Source: Armatimonadota bacterium
GTDB lineage: Bacteria > Armatimonadota > UBA5829 > DTLH01
Assembly (NCBI GenBank): GCA_039680575.1
Contig: JBDKSP010000069.1
Span: 1-15,408 of the forward strand
Direction of reading: 5' to 3'
Length of the DNA: 15,408 nt
In this document: piece by piece, positions 9,396-15,408 of the stretch
Layout of the letters: each line of letters begins with the position of its first letter
Position numbering within the stretch: the stretch's first letter is position 1
Made by a program: the position numbers and the translations under genes
The notes under the pieces: generated by a model
Seen by the model: the letters and a program-made list of their open reading frames with translations, nothing else
What the model was told of the DNA's origin: nothing
The model's database searches: none

Positions 9396-9744
9396 GGGGG
9401 CGAATGGAGTCGACAGGGAAGCAGCGGCTTTGGTTGCGGGCCGAGGCGCCGCTGGCCTCGTAAAAAGCGGCAAGCCAATAAACGGCACAAATCAGTACGC
9501 ACTCGCAGCTTAATTAGCTAGCGCATCCGCCCGGTCTATTTCGGCGTGACCGGATACGGGTGTCAATAGAGCCGAATTGCTCCTTCCTATACGTTCGTAA
9601 CGGGAAGAGGACACAATACGAACTGGCTTGAAAGAATCCCGCCTGTGGGAGTCTGACAAGTGAGAATTAAAACGCTGGATACGCTCGTAGAAGCCTCTGT
9701 CAGCTCTTCTTTGGACCCGGGTTCGAGTCCCGGCGCCTCCACCA
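9396..9744 (+). ncRNA. ssrA: tmRNA (transfer-messenger RNA), tag peptide (A)GTNQYALAA
   Basis: 5' GGGGGCG pairs with 3' CGCCTCC-ACCA, including the G3-U alanine identity wobble. T-arm CCGGG-TTCGAGT-CCCGG. Tag frame 9484-9513 (GGC ACA AAT CAG TAC GCA CTC GCA GCT TAA) follows ATAAAC. Length 349 nt. Confidence 0.97.
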
Positions 9745-9970
9745 ACATCATTGAGACTTACATGTCTCTTGTTGTTCATGTATATGAACTGTGCCACGCT
9801 CATATTTTGACGATGTGAGCGTGGTTTTGCTTTATAGGCTGCCCAAGTCTGTGACAAACTCCTTTGGACTGGGTTTAGGCGGATGTTACCTCAAAACTTG
9901 CTCAACCGGTTCTCTTTCGGGCTGTTTTTCTCTGTTTTCTCCGGTGGATTCTCTGCTCAAGTCCAAAAGA
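9736..9970 (+). repeat. att core (CCTCCACCA) plus conserved left arm, copy 1
   Basis: About 83% identical by hand alignment (39 differences in 235) to 13227-13460. Confidence 0.92.
9794..9833 (+). terminator. Intrinsic terminator downstream of ssrA, carried in the left arm
   Basis: CCACGCTCATAT...ATGTGAGCGTGG stem followed by TTTTGCTTT. Confidence 0.75.
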
Positions 9971-10012
9971 CCTCCGTTCGCAAGAGATAGTAGGTAAGCG
10001 CAAGCTACTTCG

Positions 10013-10024
10013 AGTCTGTAGACT
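10013..10024. promoter_or_regulatory. Candidate C-protein operator (C-box-like dyad)
   Basis: AGTCT-GT-AGACT inverted repeat about 70 bp upstream of the controller gene. GACT/AGTC half-sites are typical of C-boxes. Confidence 0.35.
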
Positions 10025-10091
10025 TAACGGCTGCAGAATTGAGAGAATACAGTTGAGGTGTCAGCCCGCATAGCGCTAAGGAGAAAAGCCA

Positions 10092-10322
10092 ATGAGAAGA
10101 GAATCACAGACGCTCCGATTTGTGCTGGCCCACAACGTCCGACGCCTGCGAAGCCAGCTGGGAGTATCGCAAGAGGAACTTGCCGACATGTGCGGACTCC
10201 ACCGCACGTATGTTGGCTCAGTTGAGCGGTGTGAGCGCAATGTTACGCTCAGCACTATCGAGGTGTTAGCGCAAGGGTTGGGAGTGAGTCCGGACAGTCT
10301 GTTGAGAGAGGGGAATGGCTAA
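10092..10322 (+). CDS. XRE-family HTH controller (C) protein of the R-M system
   Basis: 76 aa with SQEELADMCGLHRTYVGSVERCERNVTL. RBS AAGGAG. Its stop directly abuts the REase GTG. Confidence 0.9.
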   Translation: MRRESQTLRFVLAHNVRRLRSQLGVSQEELADMCGLHRTYVGSVERCERNVTLSTIEVLAQGLGVSPDSLLREGNG

Positions 10323-11375
10323 GTGAAAGATCTGCATACGCCGCTTGCATACGCGGACAATATCCGGCAGAGTGGATTGGATATATACGCGTCGATTGAC
10401 GTAGGGGACCCGCAGTTGTGGATACCAGCCCCCGAAATGGAATTCCTTCTGAACAGCGCACTGAAGGGCACAAGCCTCGCTGGACTTCCCCTGCGTACCC
10501 GCTCCAAAGTGGTTAAGGCCGCCGTCTGTGAAGCGATGGGATACACTGTGCCGCGTAGCTTTCGGAAGACCCAACCGCGCTTCCCCGGCCAGTGTCTGGA
10601 CACCTATGTACAGAAGTCATCCAACCTGCAGATATGGAATGAGGAGATCGCCCCTAACCGAAGATACGCCATCATCAAGGTGGCTCAGGATGATACCATT
10701 GTCAAAGTGAAAGTGGTGACCGGAGATACTTTGGCCTTACTCGATACGACCGGCACGCTCACCCGCAAGTATCAGGCACGCATTACACCAGGAGACGCAG
10801 ACGTGGAACTAGTCAGCGATGTCGACACCGAGAACCTGGGGCGGATCACTTGCCAATACCGTAACACGCCGGGATTCGCGGTCAGCCCAACAGCACATCC
10901 TTCAGTCGGTCAGTTGATGCCAATAGAACTTGTCTGTCGTAAACTTGAGCAGTTGGTAGGCAACACTTTTGTCGATGCAGGAATTGACCAAGAACGGAAC
11001 CGTGGTGGCGAACTACACCGCCGGGTATGTGCAGCCCTGGGTTACCAGCGTCACCAAGACGACGGAGCGTTTCCTGATATACGCCATCAACTGATCGAGG
11101 TAAAACTGCAGACATCGCCTACTATTGATCTGGGCCTGGTTAGCCCAGCCTCAGAGGAACCCCTTGATACGCCACGGTTGGAAAATGTACAAGCTCGACA
11201 TTGCGATGTCCGATACGTTGTGTTCTATGCCGAAAGAAACAACGCGAATGTAACTCTTACCAAGCTGTATGTCTCCACTGGTGAACGATTTTTCGCGCGA
11301 TTTGTGCAGTTTGGCGGCTTGGTTACAAACGCGAAGCTGCAAATACCGCTGCCAGCTTCCTTCTTTGAAGACTAA
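10323..11375 (+). CDS. Putative Type II restriction endonuclease (PD-(D/E)xK), possibly ClaI/BseCI-like
   Basis: 350 aa with FPDIRHQLIEVKLQ (PD...EVK). Lies downstream of a C gene and converges on an N6-adenine MTase. Confidence 0.78.
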   Translation: MKDLHTPLAYADNIRQSGLDIYASIDVGDPQLWIPAPEMEFLLNSALKGTSLAGLPLRTRSKVVKAAVCEAMGYTVPRSFRKTQPRFPGQCLDTYVQKSSNLQIWNEEIAPNRRYAIIKVAQDDTIVKVKVVTGDTLALLDTTGTLTRKYQARITPGDADVELVSDVDTENLGRITCQYRNTPGFAVSPTAHPSVGQLMPIELVCRKLEQLVGNTFVDAGIDQERNRGGELHRRVCAALGYQRHQDDGAFPDIRHQLIEVKLQTSPTIDLGLVSPASEEPLDTPRLENVQARHCDVRYVVFYAERNNANVTLTKLYVSTGERFFARFVQFGGLVTNAKLQIPLPASFFED

Positions 11376-13093
11376 CTAAAGACGCTCCAAACGAGCCTAT
11401 CGAGCTCTTGTTCAAGCACCAGCCCCTCATCAGATGGGGTCAATTCATAGATGCGTTTAGCGAGCGCTACCATTTGTCTCGACTCCAGGCGCGCCGGGTC
11501 TGGTACAGGGAACTGCTCCACATACTGGGTCATGAAACGTCGTCGTCCGGCATATAGCTTGTTGTTGAACTTCTTGTCATAGAATGCCTCGGTAAAAGAC
11601 GAGTTCGCAACAGCCAATGCCAGCCACAGAATGTCTGGATCAGATGAAGTGGAGCATAGCCAATAGCAGTCGCCGTTTACTACTGATCCTCCTAGATCCA
11701 TCCAGAATGTAGGATGCTCACTGATGTCGCGGAATGCTATCTTTGGCGATTGCCAAACCGCTGGATCCTGAGGAACCCATATCTCGTACCAGTTGCGGCC
11801 TGCCGCTATGACATACTCTCGCGCCTCCAGAGTTGTCCGGTGCTTTTCAAGATACTCTGCGCTCCGGGGATATTCGGCAAGATCAACCGGATAGCGCCGA
11901 CCGTCTATCGTCTTGTGTGTATATAGAATTTGCCGTTGTTCGTCAGTTTCCAAAGGGCGGAACCGACGCGCAACGTGGTGTGTGATCAATGGCATCAGAA
12001 GTTCGGGCACGTCATCGCCCAATATCTCATGCCAATCCTTACGTATGAACACTTTGTCAGCTGTAGTTTTTACACCAACGCGTATGTCGCCGATATTCCC
12101 AAACGTGCACCAAGTATTTGTGGCTACCCTATCTAGCCAAGCCGAACTAGATTCCGTCTCGATACGCCATACATCCTCTGTTGATTTACCAATATGCAAG
12201 TAACCGTGCTGTACGTGAAAGCGCTCACCGCTGGTCAGTTGTATATTGCCCCGCTCCTGCATTGCCTCTATTGCGTCACGGCATATTATATCGGGATCAA
12301 GGAAATCGCTTGAATAAATGTTACTGAATAGCGTACGCTCCTGAGGCTCAAATCCAGCATGCTTACGGCTCAACAGCAAGACAGCAGGCAGCACCGCAGC
12401 CGAAAACAAGCGCGTATCTCCGAAATCCCAAATGTGAAGAGGATCAAATTGCTGAAGTATTTCGTCTCTGACCGCCGCGCCCGATCTTGTGGTCATAAAG
12501 CGGTTCGACACTATGATACCAGCTATTGCTCCAGGGTTCAGTATGCGGCCGATGCCACACAGGAACGCGTGGTAAAGATCAATACGCCCGTTCAGTCTAA
12601 ATCCCTCTGCAATACTCTGCGCTGTCTCCGCACCGAGAATTTGGGTCCGCACATAGGGTGGATTTGCAATAAGCACATCGTAGTGTGTGGAATCAGCGGA
12701 CCTGAATAGGCTCATCTGGCTGTTGTCGTAATCTGAAAGCACGACGTCAAGGAAGCTCCTGCAGCATAGTTGAAGCTCTATCAGCGGGAAAACACTTTGG
12801 ATACGCTTTCGGGCTAGCTCAAGAGCCGAACTGCTCGTATCAAATCCAGATGCTGATAAATGCTGGTAGCCGTGTTCAAGTAGCTCGTGCACCAGAGCCA
12901 GAATGAGTTCGCCGTCCCCCGCAGCAGGATCGACAATGAAAAGCCTTGCGTTCTTGTCGCGTTCTCCGAGAGCCGCAACAATCTGCTTCGCAACAAATGC
13001 AGCGAGAGCAGGCGGAGTGTAGTGTGCCCCTTCCGCCTTCACATCGTCCACATCTCTATATCTGGCTACGCCAGCCACTCTCTGAGTTGCCAA
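11372..13093 (-). CDS. Gamma-class N6-adenine DNA methyltransferase, similar to M.BseCI/M.BanIII (ATCGAT)
   Basis: Motif order GAHYTP, DPAAGDG, NPPY, then a C-terminal TRD. ANPPYVRTQILGAE, GRIDLY, SNRFMTT and AAVLPA match my recollection of M.BseCI. TTG start with GAGG RBS; 4-bp stop overlap with the REase. Confidence 0.9.
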   Translation of the reverse strand: MATQRVAGVARYRDVDDVKAEGAHYTPPALAAFVAKQIVAALGERDKNARLFIVDPAAGDGELILALVHELLEHGYQHLSASGFDTSSSALELARKRIQSVFPLIELQLCCRSFLDVVLSDYDNSQMSLFRSADSTHYDVLIANPPYVRTQILGAETAQSIAEGFRLNGRIDLYHAFLCGIGRILNPGAIAGIIVSNRFMTTRSGAAVRDEILQQFDPLHIWDFGDTRLFSAAVLPAVLLLSRKHAGFEPQERTLFSNIYSSDFLDPDIICRDAIEAMQERGNIQLTSGERFHVQHGYLHIGKSTEDVWRIETESSSAWLDRVATNTWCTFGNIGDIRVGVKTTADKVFIRKDWHEILGDDVPELLMPLITHHVARRFRPLETDEQRQILYTHKTIDGRRYPVDLAEYPRSAEYLEKHRTTLEAREYVIAAGRNWYEIWVPQDPAVWQSPKIAFRDISEHPTFWMDLGGSVVNGDCYWLCSTSSDPDILWLALAVANSSFTEAFYDKKFNNKLYAGRRRFMTQYVEQFPVPDPARLESRQMVALAKRIYELTPSDEGLVLEQELDRLVWSVFS

Positions 13094-13174
13094 GTCGTGT
13101 CCTCACTTGTCCTCTAGGTATACCACAATGATACTTGCAGTCATCATAATAGTCAAGTGAACCATGACCACTCC

Positions 13175-13235
13175 GCCTTTTGGACCTGAGAGAAAACTGC
13201 CGTCACTTTTTGCGGAGGGCACGCTTCCTCCACCA
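13175..13235 (+). repeat. Conserved right arm plus att core, copy 1
   Basis: 52/61 identical by hand to 15223-15282. Ends TTCCTCCACCA. Confidence 0.9.
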
Positions 13236-13460
13236 TCATCCCAGAGACTTAATAGTCTCTTGCTGTTCATAATCCCGAAATGTGCCACGCTCATGTTTTG
13301 ACGATGTGAGCGTGGTTTTGCTTTGTACTCCGCCTGAGTCTGTGACAAACTCCTTTGGACTGGGTTTGAGCGGATGTTACCCAAAACTTGCTCAACCGGT
13401 TCTCTTTCGCGTAGTATTTCTCTGTTTTCTCTTAGTAGTTCTCTGGGCAAGTCCAAAGGA
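13227..13460 (+). repeat. att core plus conserved left arm, copy 2
   Basis: Direct repeat of 9736-9970. Confidence 0.92.
13285..13324 (+). terminator. Second copy of the left-arm terminator
   Basis: CCACGCTCATGT...ATGTGAGCGTGG followed by TTTTGCTTT. Confidence 0.7.
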
Positions 13461-13649
13461 TGAGATGATAAGGTAACAGCAGGCGGACTTTGTGCATCTG
13501 ATATAATTGTGATATTGTTCGGTGTGGCTTCGAACTGCCATACAAGGCAGCAAAAGCCGAGGTGGGTGAATGGAAAATGATTGTGCAATATGGCACGTTT
13601 CTTGCACAGCTTGTTTATCTAGCAAACATAATGAAAGGCGACTTAATAA

Positions 13650-14366
13650 ATGCATTCTCTATATAAAATCAAACTTTTGTTGAGCCAGATTGTATTAACA
13701 GCCATTGTCGCATTGACTGCGATATCTATGCCGATATACGCACAAGCCCAGGCTACTTCCAGAACAACGCCGGTTGAAGTGAAGAACCCGGTTTCTATTG
13801 ATCAAAGTGGCAATACCGTGAATGCTCAGCAGAGCGGGACATGGAGTGTTGGAATCGCAGGCATACCGAGCGTGAACGTATCGAATACACCCGGGGTGAC
13901 AATTACAAATACGCCCAACGTAAATTTAATTAATTCACCCACTGTGCAGATAGACGAAAAATGCAATTCCGTAAAAACTGCAACGCAATCCTCAGCGATG
14001 AAGTTATGGAACGAAAACGTGTTCGTAGCACCGTCTGGCACTATTTGGAGCAATAATATATGCTGCAAAGGCTACAAGGAAGTGAGAATTGTAATCAAGC
14101 TCGGCCCATATAGCAATGATCTTACAAAAGTGTATGTAAATGTTTATATATTCACACCTGATGGTTTCAAAACGTTCCTCGGTAAAATTGTATTTTCATC
14201 ACCAACCGTAAAATCCATAAGCCAGGGCGATCTTGAATATGGCGCAGATTCATGCATTTTTACAGTGCCTGTCATGTCGGACAATATGGCAATTCAAATT
14301 TACAATGGTGATGTTAAGCAGCTTCCTATATATAGCAGGGATACTTGGGCATATCTGGTCAATTAA
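13650..14366 (+). CDS. Secreted hypothetical protein with short V/T/N/P-rich repeats
   Basis: 238-aa ORF with signal peptide ending AQA. Repeats VNVSNTP/VTITNTP/VNLINSP. GAAAGG upstream. Confidence 0.75.
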   Translation: MHSLYKIKLLLSQIVLTAIVALTAISMPIYAQAQATSRTTPVEVKNPVSIDQSGNTVNAQQSGTWSVGIAGIPSVNVSNTPGVTITNTPNVNLINSPTVQIDEKCNSVKTATQSSAMKLWNENVFVAPSGTIWSNNICCKGYKEVRIVIKLGPYSNDLTKVYVNVYIFTPDGFKTFLGKIVFSSPTVKSISQGDLEYGADSCIFTVPVMSDNMAIQIYNGDVKQLPIYSRDTWAYLVN

Positions 14367-14368
14367 CA

Positions 14369-14509
14369 TGGTTTTGCTTTGTTCGAGTCTGTGACAAACT
14401 CCTTTGGACTGGGTTGATGCGGTTGTTACCCCAAAACGCTCTCAACCGGTTCTCTTTCGGGCAGTTCTTCTCTGTTTTGTCCATTGGCGTCTGTGGATCA
14501 GTCCAGAGG
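14369..14509 (+). repeat. Third, partial copy of the left arm (distal ~140 bp)
   Basis: Contains the invariant blocks AGTCTGTGACAAACTCCTTTGGACTGGGTT (14386-14415) and CTCAACCGGTTCTCTTTCG (14441-14459). Ends AGTCCAGAGG. Confidence 0.9.
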
Positions 14510-14526
14510 TTCCGTCCCTCACGTCG

Positions 14527-14556
14527 TTGACCAGTTTGTCCGGTCGACAGTATCAT
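14527..14556 (+). promoter_or_regulatory. Possible promoter for the acetyltransferase gene
   Basis: TTGACC, 18-bp spacer, TATCAT. Confidence 0.35.
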
Positions 14557-14612
14557 ATAGGCGTCTGAAGCTTGGCTTTGCGCCGGTTCTCTCGATTTGC
14601 GAGGTGTCAAAA

Positions 14613-15163
14613 ATGACGGAAAAGAAAAATCATATGCTGGTATGTTATACCAACCCGGCGATCCCGAACTTGTTGCAGACCGTGATATTACCGTAAGAAA
14701 ATTATACGATTACAACAATCTGAACCCTTTGGACCGTGACGTGCGTCGAGTGGCTATACATGGTTTGTTAGGTAAGGTCGGAGATAACTGCGTTGTGGAA
14801 CAACCGCTTTTCTGCACTTATGGATATAATACCACGGTGGGCGACAATTTTTTTCTCAACGTCAACGGAAAACTTATGGACAGTGGGAAAATTACGATTG
14901 GAAACAATGTGTTTATTGCCTCTAATGTTTCTATTATAACGGAAGAACATGCAATGGATGTTGAACAACGTCTGGCAGGATTAGAATATGCTTATCCTGT
15001 CACGATAGGCGACAATGTCTGGATTTGCACAGGAGCTATAATTTTGCCGGGCGTGACAATCGGCGAAGACAGTGTAATCGGCGCGGGTAGTGTTGTGACA
15101 AAGGATATACCACCGAAAAGCTTAGCTGTCGGCAACCCTTGCAAGGTAATCCGCAAACTTTAA
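14613..15163 (+). CDS. maa: Maltose/galactoside O-acetyltransferase family protein (hexapeptide repeat), apparently frameshifted at codon 4
   Basis: Motifs YGYNTTVGDNFF, PVTIGDNVWI, PGVTIG, GAGSVVTKDIP, VGNPCKVIR. The RBS-preceded ATG at 14613 (MTEK) is one base out of frame with the body; the track ORF uses TTG 14597. Confidence 0.85.
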
Positions 15164-15181
15164 TTTAAATAGATTGTTGGT

Positions 15182-15216
15182 GTATCGGGATTTGAACGCG
15201 GTGGAAATCCCGATAC
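15182..15216. terminator. Hairpin after maa (possible terminator or stability element)
   Basis: Perfect 12-bp stem GTATCGGGATTT/AAATCCCGATAC, but no U tract. Confidence 0.45.
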
Positions 15217-15222
15217 GAAACA

Positions 15223-15282
15223 GCCTTTGGACTTGAGAGAAAACCGCCGTCACTTTTTGTGGTAGGAACAATTCCTCCACCA
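15223..15282 (+). repeat. Conserved right arm plus att core, copy 2 (candidate attR)
   Basis: Direct repeat of 13175-13235. CCTCCACCA at 15274-15282. Confidence 0.9.
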
Positions 15283-15284
15283 CT

Positions 15285-15408
15285 TAGAGTGCATCCCAAA
15301 ACCCAAGTGATGCGCTTGATCATGATAATATCTGCCTGTATATGATTAGGCAGCAGGCAAACTGTATAAGAGCAAGGTAGTTCTCCGGTATGCGCTCATA
15401 TCTCACAA
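15285..15408 (-). mobile_element. IS5-family insertion sequence, right (3') end, truncated by the window end
   Basis: Terminal IR matches 110-129 in inverted orientation. Contains a transposase C-terminus. Confidence 0.8.
15320..15408 (-). CDS. IS5-family transposase, C-terminal fragment
   Basis: Hand translation VRYERIPENYLALIQFACCLIIYRQILS* matches the 'RYEK...NY.A...A..II' tail of IS5-family DDE transposases. Confidence 0.8.
   Translation of the reverse strand, partial: VRYERIPENYLALIQFACCLIIYRQILS

Larger units (their letters stand above)
9745..13235. mobile_element. Integrase-less mini-island (unit 1) at the ssrA 3' end carrying a Type II R-M system
   Basis: Bounded by direct CCTCCACCA repeats at 9736-9744 and 13227-13235. 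Left and right arms are shared with unit 2. Confidence 0.8.
13236..15282. mobile_element. Integrase-less mini-island (unit 2) carrying a secreted protein and an acetyltransferase
   Basis: Bounded by CCTCCACCA at 13227-13235 and 15274-15282. Same arms as unit 1; cargo visibly more AT-rich. Confidence 0.78.

Noticed and set aside
9700..9744. Stand-alone tRNA-Ala
   Set aside because: The T-arm and acceptor end pair with a 5' end 340 nt upstream and enclose a tag ORF, so this is tmRNA.
9093..9997. ORFs 9093-9488, 9510-9857 and 9791-9997
   Set aside because: They overlap ssrA or the repeat arm. Similarity to ORFs at 13103-13588 and 13282-13476 only reflects the DNA repeat, and frames are not conserved across copies.
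9970..13176. Avoidance of ATCGAT inside the R-M cassette
   Set aside because: I saw no site, but fewer than one is expected by chance in 3.2 kb, so absence is uninformative.
13103..13588. 161-aa minus-strand ORF as an excisionase or integrase
   Set aside because: It spans the R-core-L junction, has no recombinase or HTH motif, and is disrupted in the other arm copies.
9846..14415. CRISPR array from the three identical 30-bp blocks
   Set aside because: Copies are 1-3.5 kb apart, embedded in longer homologous arms, with genes between them and no cas genes.
9846..14509. Canonical integron attC sites
   Set aside because: GCTCAAC fits RYYYAAC, but no GTTRRRY closes a stem downstream of it (the GTT arm comes first), and there is no intI in the window.

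Overview
Bacterial (diderm, Kdo-making) chromosomal segment that starts and ends inside copies of what appears to be the same IS5-family element, so it is probably an IS-bounded contig. The left ~9.1 kb is mostly housekeeping: acyP, a PQQ-type beta-propeller protein, kdsA, kdsB, rfaE2, tsaC/sua5, prmC, a P19/FetP-like metal-binding protein and a large secreted hypothetical protein. Two inverted copies of a 97-bp structured repeat with compensatory base changes bracket acyP-prmC. tmRNA (ssrA) lies at 9396-9744, with tag (A)GTNQYALAA. The most interesting part is downstream of ssrA: a tandem array of two small integrase-less units (9745-13235, 13236-15282). Each ends in the 9-bp tmRNA 3' end CCTCCACCA and has a conserved ~225-bp left arm and ~50-bp right arm around unrelated cargo. 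Unit 1 carries a C-protein/REase/MTase system resembling ClaI/BseCI. Unit 2 carries a secreted protein, a third partial arm copy and a frameshifted maltose O-acetyltransferase. Each cargo is flanked by an inverted repeat whose halves appear to covary between units. All alignments and family calls were made by eye, without database searches.
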